A DNA stretch of 64,000 nucleotides from Octopus sinensis (Eukaryota): NCBI RefSeq assembly GCF_006345805.1, contig NC_043014.1, forward strand, positions 11,222,001-11,286,000, given 5' to 3'. Positions 11,616 to 22,759 of this stretch are shown here, piece after piece. Below the pieces are notes generated by a model, which was given only the letters and a program-made list of their open reading frames with translations, made no database searches and was not told where the DNA came from. Position numbers and translations under genes: made by a program. Numbering within the stretch: the first letter of the stretch is position 1; each line of letters starts with the position of its first letter.

Positions 11616-12169
11616 GATATAATCCAAGAACAACAATAAAGAAACTTACAGGTATACGTATATACAGGTATAAGATTATCCCTTTTCTTACTATGCAGTG
11701 TACCCCCGCTTATTTGTGGTTCAGCTTTCACAGTCCTGGTTATTCGCAGAACTAATAATTGCTTGTGGAAACCACAGCATATTCACGGAATCATAAATAT
11801 CATCGGTGATTTTTTATGGCTTCTTTCATGGCAATATATAAATTTTTTCACCCTTTTTAAGGCTAAATCATTAACAATATACCGTATTTGCCAGCTTACT
11901 GCACGCCCCTTCGCAGTTGAAGCTCCCTCTGATTAGAATAGCCACCTATCACATCACTTGATTATTTTCTTTTTGAGATACAAGTACACTGTATCTTTTC
12001 TCTCTTATCCCTGCTTTCAATCAAAGCTTGCTAAATTAGTATAGCGACATCTATCTATATTTCACACATGCACTCTCTCTCCCTCTCTCGCTTCTTGCTA
12101 TATTTCTCTCTCAACAACACCAACCTCTCACTGTAACGAAAGTACACATATATAAACAAATGCACCCTT

Positions 12170-12334
12170 TTAAAGCCTAGCCAGGCTCATGGGCCCGGTT
12201 TCCTGGTTTCAAGGGTGTAACGGGTTCAGTCCCACTGCATGGCACCTTGGGTAAGTGTCTTCTACTATAGCCTCGGACCGACCAAAGCCTTGTGAGATGA
12301 TTTGGTAGACGGAAACTGAAAGAAGCCCATCGTA

Positions 12335-12391
<57 letters not shown>

Positions 12392-12605
12392 GCGAATTTG
12401 TCCCCCCAACATCGCTTGACAACCGATGCTGGTGTGTTTACGTCCCCGTAACTTAGCGGTTCGGCAAAAAAGAAACCGATAAAATAAGTACTAGGCTTAC
12501 AAAGAATAAGTCCTGGGGTCGATTTGATCGACTAAAAGCGGTGCTCCAGCGTGGCCACAGTCACATGACTGAAACAAGTAAAAGAGTAAAAGAGTAAAGA
12601 GTAAC
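12170..12605 (+). mobile_element. Family A SINE (chimeric 5' end) inside the Tigger 5' region
   Basis: Family A body; 12165-12215 is an inverted tail fragment of the family seen at 54802-55100. Confidence 0.85.
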
Positions 12606-13174
12606 TGTGTCCAGTAGCTATGTCCAGTATTTTGCTGAGTGCTGTGTTTTACATGGCATGTTATTAGAACCCTAAGATGCTACCCAAATGCCCTATACCT
12701 TCCTTCTAAGGCTTCTGGCAATGGGCCTAAGTGCCAGAAAAAAGGTTATGGTGCTCTATGAGAAGGCACGACGACTGAATATGTTCTGGAAAGGTAAAAG
12801 TTATGCTGCAGTAGGTTAGTATTATGTTGTCAATGAAAGCACCATATGCTACATAAAGAGGAATGAAGGGGCGATCAGGGCTACTGTAGCAGTAAGTTTC
12901 TGTGAATGTGCCAAAAAGATATTGATAGTGAGAAATAAGCATTTCATCAGGATGGAACCTGCCTTGGCATTGTGGATCAGTGACTGCAAGAAGAAAAACA
13001 TCCCCTTGAGCTGTAATATCATCCATGAGAAAGCATGGAAATTATTCCAGCAGTTTGTCAGAGGAGATGGAGCAGAAGGCACTGAAGAGTCGCAAGCAAG
13101 ACCATTGACAGCATCAGAGCCCAAAGATTTTCAAATCAGCATGGGATGGTTGACCATTTCCAGAAACTGCTTAA

Positions 13175-13394
13175 CCCTTTCATTACTAACCTGGCTGAAA
13201 CTGGCTCTGGATCTGAGTACAAATGTCTTATTTTCAAAAGTTTTGGACTAAAATCTTCCACCAAACCTTAGTCACAATTTATATTTCTAACACTAACTTA
13301 ATGATAACTAAGTTATTTTACTAAATTCTTTGTTATATTTAAAGTAATTGAAAGAAGCACAGAGCATCTCAAAATAAATACAGTAACGAAAGGG
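13175..13394 (+). mobile_element. MITE family 1 inside the Tigger ORF
   Basis: TTAA 13171-13174; TIR ccctttc...gtaacgaaaggg; right TSD mutated to ttga. Confidence 0.92.
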
Positions 13395-14094
13395 TTGAAG
13401 TAAAGTGTGTTTCCCTGCATGCAGAGACAGCATCAGCCGACAAAGAAGCTGCCGAGAAGTACCTCAAGGCCTTCAGGCAGATCATTGAGGACAAGGGATA
13501 TAAGCCAGAACAGGTTTTCAATATGGACAAGACTGGCTTATTCTAGAAGAAGATACCTTTCAGAATGTACATCATGAAGGACGAAGCCAGAGCCCCAACA
13601 TTTAAGGCACAGAAGGACAGAGTGATGCTAATTCAGTATGGCAATGCTGCTGGCTTCATGAGGAAACCAAGGACTTATCTACAAGTCTGCGAACCTGAGG
13701 GCCTTCAAAAATAAGAATAAAAACCTGCTGCCTGTCCATTGGATGCACAACCCCAAGGCCTGGATTACCAAAAGCCTAACTTTGAATTGGTTCCACCAAT
13801 GCTTCATCCCTCAAGCCAAGGAATAACTCCAAAATGTTTACATGGAATTCAAGGTGTTGCTTGTTATGGATAATGCTGGTGGTCAGTTTGGGGATTTGAA
13901 TCATGAGGGAGTCCAATTTGAGTTCTTCCCTGTCAACACCACCTTCCTCATCCAGCCTATGGATGAAGGTGTTATCTGTGCCTACAAGGCATTTTACACT
14001 GGAACTCTCTCCAACATCTTATGGATGCAATGGATTCGGATGAGAATTTCAAGTTAAAGGAGTACTGGTGTAGCTTTGCTCTTTTTTCAGCCCC

Positions 14095-15470
14095 AACATG
14101 GAAGCTTCAAATCTCACACAGACAATGAAAAGACATGTAGTTCTCAGTGACTTAGCCACCAACCACAGTAACTCTGAGGTAGCAACCATCTTAAATGTTG
14201 CTAAGTTTTTGTGTTTAAAATCAGAAAAGACCTCCTGGCCTCTAGCATATATATGTCTTCTGTGGCTGAACAAAGAAATTTCTTGCTGCTCAGACATTGT
14301 CAGAAAAGTCAGGTTTGTCCAGCAAGACCAGAACATCATCAACAAGAATCCTGCTGAGCCCATGAAGGCCGTTGCCAATCATCTCCAAGTGTCAGAGACA
14401 ATGGTTAGACGCAGGGTGCAGAAAGACATCAAGTACAAATACTATGTTATGAGAAGAAGGTGGTGTATGTCTGATTAAGACCCAGATACCTATGTGACTT
14501 GATTGAAGTGATTACTGAACAAACTCAAGCACCCTGAAGATTCTGACATGCTGTTTCTCACAGATGAGAATTTTGACCAAGATAAAAAATGAACAAGGGG
14601 AATGACAGATGGCTCTACACCCGCCCCCTTTTAGTTTCCATTGTGATGCACACCAAGTTCCAATCATTTGTGACAGTCTTGGAGAATCATGAGCAACAAG
14701 AGCCATGTCATGCCTCCTTACTTTTTCCCGTAAGGTCTTAGGGTCAAGCCCTGGACCAAAAGACTCACTCGGAGGAGATGGTCAGTGTTCCAACAAGACT
14801 CTGTTACTCCTTATTTACTTACTTGTACTTTTGACGGCATTCACCCAGGGCGGGTTGAGCCGCCTTCTCTGGTCCTAACGGCATCATGAACCATGGCGGC
14901 CCATGCTCAACAGTCCTGTGCGAGGTCACTGGAGATAGCGAGCCATTCACAGTTCCATCTGCGCAGACCTACCACCTGCAGATCTGAGAGTTCGGAGAGG
15001 TCCTCCTTTATCGTTGTTGCCCAGGTCTTCAGCTGCCCACCCGTGCGTTTGTGCCGGTTGGGAAGTGGAGGTGGGAGGAGACATCATGAATCAGCTCACC
15101 TTCTGAACACCGGGCCGCATGACTGAACCACCTAAAGCGCCATTGAAGAAGCACCGAAGGGAGGGGCTGGAGATTCCTTACACAACCCTGGATGATGCAG
15201 GAGTGGATGGCTAAAATGTTTTCATAATCTTGTTACCTTTAACATTTGCCCTCCTACCTTCCTGAATTTAAATGCCATACTAACATGTATACATTATCAG
15301 CTTGAGGGAGACCAAGAAGCAGGCTCCCGATACCAAGGATTCATTGATGTCTGCTTTGAGGGATATTATAGTCAACATGATTAAAGATTGCATGATCAAT
15401 GCATTTAATTGTTTCAGAAAATGCATCACGGCAGTAATCAAAGATGATTGTGGTTTTATTGAATAACTTT
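14095..15470 (+). mobile_element. Decayed Tc1/mariner-superfamily transposase of maT (DD37D-like) type, split by an RTE fragment
   Basis: MKRHVVL...IKYKYYVMRR, LFLTDENFDQD, PIVMHTKF, SVFQQDSVTP, MQEWMAK, FRKCITAVIKDDCGFIE* (stop at 15464-15466). Confidence 0.8.
14814..15174 (-). mobile_element. RTE LINE 3' fragment
   Basis: Minus frame LRWF(S)HAARCSEGELIHDV...GGQLKTWATTIKEDL...WAAMVHDAV...STRPG*; (gtaa)-type tail; candidate TSD tcctta at 14808-14813 and 15175-15180. Confidence 0.82.
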
Positions 15471-15512
15471 TTACTGTTTCTTCACCGAAACTCCCCTCTT
15501 TTTAAGCATTAA

Positions 15513-15731
15513 CCCTTTAGTATTTAAACCGGCCATATCCGGCCAAAATAGCTAATCTGTTTTATGTTAAAACTGACCAGATCCAGGCCCTCACACCTAC
15601 CCTACAATGTTATTCTACATTAAGTAATTACACCACCAAGATCTTGAAGATATGAGATAATGCATGATTAATTCAAATCAATAGGAATCAATAAGCATTA
15701 TGTTTGATAGAATAATCTGAACACTAAAGGG
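15513..15731. mobile_element. MITE family 2
   Basis: ttaa-ccctttagtattt...aacactaaaggg-ttaa; opposite orientation to 8264-8484. Confidence 0.9.
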
Positions 15732-15842
15732 TTAAACTAAAGCATTTGTTAAAACTTGCACACACACACACACCCTGTCCTGTTATCTCTTTTTGTTCAT
15801 TGTCACATACTTAATTATCTATACACACACACACACACACAA

Positions 15843-16028
15843 GACCATTGACAGCATCAGAGCCCAAAGATTTTCAAACCTGCATGGGATGGTTGGCCAG
15901 TTCCTGAAATGGTTTAAAGTAAAGTGTGTTTCCCTGCATGCAGAGACAGCATCAGCTGACAAAGAAGCAGCCAAGAAGTACCTCAAGACCTTCAGGCAAA
16001 TCATTGAGGACAAGGGATACAAGCCGGA
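15843..16028 (+). pseudogene. Second Tigger transposase fragment (empty site for the 13175 MITE)
   Basis: Matches 13102-13170 + 13399-13508 contiguously: FLKWFKVKCVSLHAETASADKEAAKKY. Confidence 0.88.
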
Positions 16029-16328
16029 GGCGCAATGGCCCAGTGGTTAGGGCAGTGGACTCTCGGTCGTAGGATCGAGGTTTCGATTCCAAGACCGGGC
16101 ATTGTGAATATTTATGGAGCGAAAACACCTAAAGCTCCATGACGCTCTGGCAGGGAGGGGTAGCGATCCCTGCTGTACTCTTTCTCCACAACTTTCTCTC
16201 ACTCTTTCTTCTGTTGGCCTGCTCGCTTAGCCAGCGGGGTGGCGTCATTTGAAGGCTAAAAAGTGCGAAGCGCACTGTGACCAGCACTGTGTAGCAACAT
16301 CTGACAGCCTGGTCGGTCACGGTGATAT
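16026..16328 (+). mobile_element. Family C tRNA-derived SINE
   Basis: A box tggcccagtggttagggc, B-box-like ggtttcgattcc; a minus-strand copy lies at 32460-32765. Confidence 0.85.
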
Positions 16329-16349
16329 ATATATATATATTATATAGGC

Positions 16350-16879
16350 TTTTCTAGCTGAAGAAATTGACTCCAGGACTTAAGCTTTGTAAGTCTAGTA
16401 CTTATTCTATCAGTCTCTTTTGCCGAATCACTAAGTTACTAGGATATAAACACCCTAACATCAGTTGTCAAACAATGGTGGGGGCAAAATCACAGACATA
16501 AAGATACACACACATAAATATATACATATATACGATGGGCTTCTTTCAGTTTCCATCTACCAAATCCACTCACAAGGCTTTAGTTGGCCTGAGGCTATAG
16601 TAGAAGACACTTGCCCAAGGTGCCATGCAGTGGAACTGAGCCTGGAACCATGTGGTTGGTAAACGAGCTACTTACCACACAGCCACTCCTGTGCCTATTA
16701 TATATATATGTATGTATGTGGCTGTGTGGTAAGTAGCTTGCTAACCAACCACGTGGTTCCGGGTTCAGTCCCACTGCATGGCATCTTGGGCAAGTGTCTT
16801 CTGCTATAGCCCCGGGCCGACCAATGCCTTGTGAGTGGATTTGGTAGACGGAAACTGAAAGAAGCCTGTCGTATATATG

Positions 16880-16910
<31 letters not shown>

Positions 16911-17130
16911 GTTTGTGTGTCTGTGTTTGTCCCCCTAGCATTGCTTGACAACCGATGCTGGTGTGTTTACGTCCCCGTCACTTAGCGGTTCGGCAATAGA
17001 GACTGATAGAATAAGTACTGGGCTTACAAAGAATAAGTCCCGGGGTCGGTTTGCTCGACTAAAGGCGGTGCTCCAGCATGGCCGCAGTCAAATGACTGAA
17101 ACAAGTAAAAGAGGAAAGAGTAAAGAGTAA
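16350..17130. mobile_element. Head-to-head pair of family A SINEs (minus 16350-16695, plus 16716-17130)
   Basis: Two copies in inverted orientation about 20 bp apart. Confidence 0.9.
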
Positions 17131-17477
17131 GAGCATATAAGTATACATATATGTATATTTTAAAAGAGCAGAATAAAACAGGAGAGTTTAACTGTTTTTA
17201 TGACAACATAATGAATTGCTTAATCTTACACATTTCACAAGCAATTTCTGGTGCATTATGCAATAAATGTTGCCTAAACAATTGTATAATGGGATAATGC
17301 CACCATTTATGTAATGATTATCATGTAACATACAAATAATATTCATTAGTGAAACATATTAAAATAATTATGTTGTAGTTATAACACTTGGACAAAATTG
17401 CTGGTTTTATTTTCCCCTTGGATATACACTATTTAAATTATTCAATTGTATGTAATATATACCAAATGAAAATTGGA

Positions 17478-17625
17478 GGAATGAGGACAGCTGCATAAAG
17501 AAGTGCCGAGCTCTGATTGTGGAGGGTGCCTGTGGAAGGGGAAGACCCAGAAAGATGTGGGATGAAGTGGTGGGAAAGGATCTTCAGACACTAGGCCCCA
17601 CTAAGATGACAAGAGATTGGGAGAT
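17478..17625 (+). pseudogene. RTE ORF2 C-terminal fragment
   Basis: NEDSCIKKCRALIVEGACGRGRPRKMWDEVVGKDL, the typical RTE GRP.K.W C-terminus. Confidence 0.75.
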
Positions 17626-17630
17626 GTAAT

Positions 17631-18115
17631 GTTAGTTAGTTAGTTAGTTAATTTGGCTCAAAAGCAAATAGCAAGGCCATGTAGGGGGACATGGTGTTAA
17701 GTACAGGGTGGTGTTCATGTAAAGAGTTCAGGCCACTTGAGGTCAGGGGAGGCTTTGAACAAAGCGGTCGTCGGCATCTTCACCATCTCGTCTGGCAGCT
17801 TGTTCCACGGACCCGCAGCCGACACTCTGGAGCAGGAGTGAAGAACAGCTCTTTCGAGAGGTTACACTTTCCGCTTATGATGTTGTGGGCGAGAATGAGA
17901 TCACCACGGCGGCGGCGTTTTTCTAGAGAATAAAGGTCGAGCGTCCTCAGCCTTTCTTCATAGGACAAATTTTTGAGACCATGAACCATGCGGGTAGCCA
18001 GCTTCTGGACTCTTTCGAGATGCTGTATGTCTTTGAGGAGATAAGGAGAAGAGGCTTGAATCCCGTACTCCAATATGATTTGTTGTACTTGATAAAACAC
18101 ATCAAGTTGAGTGAA
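17631..18115 (-). mobile_element. CR1/L2-type LINE 3' fragment
   Basis: LEYGIQASSPYLLKDIQHLERVQKLATRMVHGLKNLSYEERLRTLDLYSLEKRRRRGDLI; WNKLPDEMV; (taac)n tail at 17631-17652. Confidence 0.92.
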
Positions 18116-18129
18116 ATCACTGTCTTTAA

Positions 18130-18349
18130 CCCTTTTGTTACCAACCCGGCTGAAACCGGCTCTGGCTATGTGTACAAATGCCTTGTTTTCAAAAGTTTTA
18201 AATTAAAATCTTCCACCAAACCTTGGTCACAATTTATGTCCCAAACACTAGCTGAATGACAACTAAGTCATTTTACTAAATTCTTTGTTATATTTAAAGT
18301 AACTGAAAGAAACACAGAGCATCTCAAAATAAATACAGTAACGAAAGGG
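18130..18349 (+). mobile_element. MITE family 1
   Basis: TTAA TSD 18126-18129 and 18350-18353. Confidence 0.93.
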
Positions 18350-18364
18350 TTAACATATACAGGC

Positions 18365-18615
18365 TTGTCACTTCAGGTGCTGGTGCCACTGAAAAAGCAC
18401 CTCTGCCAGTGCAGCGTTAACGCACCCGTGACAGTGACACGTAAATAGCACCCAGCACACTCCGCTAAGTGGTTGGTGCTAGGAAGGGTATCCAGCTGAA
18501 GAAACCCTGCCATAACAGACAGTTGGAGTCTGGACAGCTCCTTGCTAGCCAGCCCCATGTCAAACCGTCCAACCCATGCCAGCATAGAAAGAAGAAGTTA
18601 AATGATGATGATGAT
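18365..18615 (+). mobile_element. RTE 3' tail element
   Basis: aggaagggtatccagctg...ccaacccatgccagcat...(gat)n. Confidence 0.8.
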
Positions 18616-18671
18616 GAAATAGAGCTCAATACTGAACAGAAAGTTGAATACGCAATGATTTATAAGGACAT

Positions 18672-18886
18672 TATTTACATTTGACAGATATTTGTCCTCA
18701 TCTTGTTTGTTGTTAACACAACGTTTTGGCTGATATACCCTCCAGCCTTCATCAGGTGTCTTGGGGAAATTTCGAACCTGGGTTCTCATTCCTAAGGCAT
18801 TTTTCAATGTTATTTTTATTATTATTATTACTGTTATTATTCAGGTCACTGCCTGGAATCAAACTCGGAATCTTGGGGTTAGTAGC
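18672..18886 (-). mobile_element. 5'-truncated inverted copy of the hammerhead-bearing SINE
   Basis: Reverse complement of ~18913-19135; hammerhead GAAAC changed to AAAAC. Confidence 0.85.
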
Positions 18887-19165
18887 ATATGGCGTAGTGG
18901 TTAAGAGCACAGGCTACTAACCCCAAGTTTTCGAGTTCAATTCCAAGCAGTGACTTGCATAATAATAATAATGATAATAATAATAATAACATCGAAAAAT
19001 ACCTTAGGACTGAGAACCCAGGTTTGAAATTTCCCCAAGACACCTGATGAAGGCTGGAGGGTATATCAGCCGAAACGTTGTGTTAACAACAAACAAGCTG
19101 AGGACAAATATCCGTCAAGTGTAAATAATGTAAATAATGTACATAATTCCTCATCTCTTAAATAT
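18887..19165 (+). mobile_element. tRNA-headed SINE with a Penelope-type hammerhead 3' region
   Basis: A box tggcgtagtgg 18890-18900, B box gagttcaattcc 18933-18944, (aat)n linker, hammerhead 19039-19084. Confidence 0.8.
19039..19084 (+). ncRNA. Minimal type I hammerhead ribozyme motif
   Basis: gacac-CTGATGA-a-ggctg[gagggtatat]cagcc-GAAAC-GTT^-gtgtt: stem I gacac/gtgtt, stem II ggctg/cagcc, palindromic ACGT in place of stem III; predicted cleavage after 19079. Confidence 0.8.
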
Positions 19166-19254
19166 ATAACTGATTTATAAGGAATAATGAACACTGATTA
19201 ATTACCATGTTCTATCAATTGAAATAACACTATTTAATTATATATACCAGGAAC

Positions 19255-19590
19255 AGGTAGGGAAGTGCAGAAAGACAGGCAGGCATGCAACAGAAGTGGG
19301 CTGTTGAGGTTTTGTGGGGCATTCATTCTACAAAGGTCTGACTAGGTGTGGAGTTACTGGAGCAGCAAAAGGGGAGGTGGGGGTTACAAATTCCATTACT
19401 GAAGTTGCAGAGAAAGCCACTAGGTGGCTTTGGATAAAGAGGTCAGACCAGTGGTTTGTTGCTATTGGGAAGCAAACTGGAACTTGGCAATCCCAGTTGA
19501 GTCAACTGGATGAGGGAGCCTGATGCTGGAAGACTCAAAAATCTCATGAGACCCAGGAAACATTACTGACAATGCATCCCAGAGCATCCA
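19255..19590 (+). mobile_element. Hero-type (R2 superfamily, RLE) LINE 3' fragment
   Basis: TEVGC*GFVGHSFYKGL...ITEVAEKATRWLWIKR resembles the Hero C-terminus EVGCRGF...AEKASRWLWLKR (recall). Confidence 0.7.
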
Positions 19591-19629
19591 CAAGATGTAT
19601 CTTAAAACAATGCATAAATAAATATAAGA

Positions 19630-19925
19630 AGTTTGCTTCCCAACCAAATGGTTTCATGTTCAGTCCCACAGCATGGCACCTTGGGCAAGTGTCTTCTATT
19701 ATAGCCCCAGGGTGACCAAAACCGTGTGAGTGGATTTGGTAGATGAAAAGGGAAAGAAACCCCTCATATAGGTGTGTGTGTCTTTGTGTCTGTGTTTGTC
19801 CCCGCCATCACTGTTTGACAACTGGTGTTGGTGTGTTTACATCCCCATAACTGAGTGGTTCAGCAAAAAAGACTGATAGAATAAGTACCAAGCTGAAAAA
19901 GTAAGTACTAGTGTCGATTCATTCA
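19630..19925 (+). mobile_element. Family A SINE (diverged)
   Basis: Family A body. Confidence 0.8.
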
Positions 19926-19928
19926 ACT

Positions 19929-19963
<35 letters not shown>

Positions 19964-20109
19964 CATCATCATCTTGATAAAACAATATACATATATATAA
20001 ATTGTTTTCAGATAGATTACAGATACACTGGGATGCATCATCAATGATGCAAATATATTTATATATGTAGTACAATATGTGACAATTATGTGGTTACCAT
20101 AATAAAACT

Positions 20110-20460
20110 CCACAGTGTTCTCTGTGGCAGAACAGTCCAATGCATGAATGGTAGTCTCTGTCACATAGGTCACACTTGTGGACTGCTCCCCAGTATTGTT
20201 CAAGTAGTTTGTAACAGTAACCGTAACACCTCATGTGTCGATGCCTTAGGTGAGACCAAAGTGTCTTCTCCAGTATATTGTCTGGCTCTGTCTCTTCAGC
20301 ATAGAGTGTTCAATAAGATCCAAACCTGGATGGAGGACAGAGTGTTGCCCATGCCGTAGGTCCCGACTCTCCACATCACTGATAGATCCAAAGAGATAGT
20401 ATGGTCATTACAATATGGCACCAACATCATCACAGGAGTTGCCAGAACAAGGATATAGAC
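20110..20460 (-). pseudogene. RTE-BovB-like LINE C-terminal fragment
   Basis: HKCDLCDRDYHSCIGLFCHREHC terminal zinc motif typical of BovB-like RTE ORF2. Confidence 0.7.
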
Positions 20461-21059
20461 CATGTTAACTATTTAGCATCCAGATCAATCTTTCATATGT
20501 AATACTAATTTATTCTCATTGTTTTTTAATTAATCACATGTTATCTCATAGCTCTGAGATTTCAATGATGTGATTATTTATTTTTAGGACAACATTGTAG
20601 GGTAGGTTTGAGAGGCCAGATCTGGCCAGTTTGCACATAAAACAGGAAGAATATTTGGGCTGGATATGGCCAATTTTTTTTTTCCTCAGAGTTTACTCCT
20701 AAAGCCTTTCCTCATTGGTGGGTGTGGCCTCAAAGTAGCAGATGTTTGGAATCAGAGTGTTCCTTCTCCTAGATGAGTTTCCTCTCCAGGCTTACAAATT
20801 CCATCTGCCCAACTGACTTGCTAATTAGCCCACAGGTAGAACCTGACAGGTGCTACTACACTGGGTCAGAGCAGATCTGGAAATAATAGTGGCTAAGTGG
20901 TCATTCCAGACACTGCAAAAGCCTGAATTCTCAAGCCAGAGTCCCACTAGTGAATGTACTACTTGTCTATGGGGGGGACCTGAAAACCCATTGGCACAGC
21001 TTTGTCTTGATTAAACCACTGTGCCAACCCTGTGAAATAAAGGAGCATAGACAAATACT

Positions 21060-21470
21060 CTTTTTTTTACTTGTTTCAGTCATTTGACTGCGGCCATGCT
21101 GGAGCACCACCTTTAGTCGAGCAAATCGACCCTGGGACTTATTCTTTGTAAGCCCAGTACTTATTCTATCGGTTTCTTTTGCCGAACCGCTAAGTTACAG
21201 GGACGTAAACACACCAGCATCGGTTGTCAAGCAATGCTAGGGGAACAAACACAGACACACAAACATATTCACACACACTTATATATATATATATACACAT
21301 ATATACGACAGGCTTCTTTCAGTTTCCGTCTACCAAATCCACGCACAAGGCATTGGTCGGCCCGGGGCTATAGCAGAAGATACGTGCCCAAGATGCCACG
21401 CAGTGGGACTGAACCCGGAACCATGTGGTTGGTTAGCAAGCTACTTACCAAACAGCCACTCCTGCGCCTA
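21060..21470 (-). mobile_element. Family A SINE, full length
   Basis: Close to consensus. Confidence 0.92.
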
Positions 21471-21479
21471 TGTGCATCC

Positions 21480-21930
21480 ATCACATGCAGTTCTCCAAAA
21501 GGACAGAATCAAGGTGTGCAAATAGAACTTGTGCAAGGTATTGCAACGAAACATTGGAATAGGCCAATAAGAAAGTGGGTTAGGCAGAAGCATGGTATTA
21601 CGGTGATAAATTTCAAGAATTACCATTTAATGAGACAAGCCCTGAAGGTGAATTAGCTCATAAATTTAGGAAAGCACTTAGCAATGCAAAACTTAGGACT
21701 CAGGCTGTTGAAAAACCAAGCAAATCCATTAGATCCCAAATAAGTAGGATGTACCCTTTCAATAGGACCACTTGTACAATAGTAATTGCAGATAATGTAA
21801 TAACAACCCTAAGGTCAACTGCAAAACTTGGAATATGGTATACCTGATGAGAAGTATAGAGGGAAAGTGTATGAACTCTATCAAAACACATACAGGTGAA
21901 AGCATTCACAGCCTAGTTGAGAGAATGGAG
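21480..21930 (+). pseudogene. Penelope-like element fragment (RT to GIY-YIG linker)
   Basis: PFNETSPEGELAHKFRKAL...VEKPSKSIRSQISR..PF, then C..C...NCKTWNMVY and HTGESIHSLVERMEGH in shifted frames. Confidence 0.6.
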
Positions 21931-21984
21931 GGACACAGGTAAGAGTACAGTGATAAGAAACTTACATAAGTACTTCATCAACAT

Positions 21985-22450
21985 ACTAATGATAAACATA
22001 GAAGCATACTGAACAAAAGAGAAACAAAAAATCATATTGACATATCCACAGATAGAAGCCACACAAACACACACATATATATAAATAGTAAGTAATATAC
22101 AATATATATATGCATGTATGGGTACAGAACATCACCAATGGTGCAAATAACATGAAATACATAAACAAACGAGTTAAATACGTAAACAATGAGAGAAAAA
22201 ATGGAAAACAGGACAAGTAAACACAGAGAAAGGACCCTTCATCAGTTTTTGGCTGTCTATCTACTCCTCATTTCGAGCATTCAGTGACAATATGAGTCTT
22301 CAAAGACAGTTGCTCCCATAAATTCTAAAATAACATTTAGGATTTATGGTGGGTCAAAGTTGGGAAAAAAAAACATGACAGAGGAAACATACAGGGAAAC
22401 CAAATGAAAACAAACATGGAGGATGGTTAGACCAGAACGAGAGGAGAATA
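21985..22450 (-). mobile_element. Penelope pLTR-type repeat with decayed hammerhead-like motifs
   Basis: Same family as 55200-55650; minus strand ctgatgaaggg at ~22236-22246. Confidence 0.55.
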
Positions 22451-22759
22451 GTGAATACTGTGAGAAACATTTTTTGAAAAGAGAAAAGATAGAAGAGAGA
22501 GAGAGTAAAAAAGCACGACCGCTCTTTTAAACGGCTGTGCAGGAAAAGAAAGATGGACGATGGTCTGATGTGAGCAAAGAGAGAGAGAAAAAAAAGAGGA
22601 GAGAGGGAGAGAGAGAGAGATAAATAACAGTGAAGGAGGGAGGAGGAGGAAACAGGAATTAGAGAAGGATAGAGGAAGAAAACAGTAGAACTGTTCTTAA
22701 TAGGAAACACAAGAATGATAGCAATAATTTCATCACTGCCACTCCCAGGCCCTGGACAT

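Larger units (their letters stand above)
11696..14080 (+). mobile_element. Decayed Tigger/pogo transposon (HTH + CENP-B-type HTH + DDE_1), interrupted by a SINE and a MITE
   Basis: Left end cagtgtacccccgctt at 11696; ORF remnants from ATG 12677: KVMVLYEK...MEPALALWISDC...IIHEKAWKLF, QVFNMDKTGLF*, WMHNPKAWIT, KVLLVMDNAGG, FPVNTTFLIQPMDEGVI; stops and frameshifts. Confidence 0.92.

Noticed and set aside
12922-14057. Domesticated TIGD1-like host gene
   Set aside because: In-frame stops, frameshifts and a MITE insertion in the transposase
16026-16100. Genuine tRNA genes at SINE heads (also 18887, 53385, 54802)
   Set aside because: A and B boxes are present but no complete cloverleaf, and each continues into a SINE body
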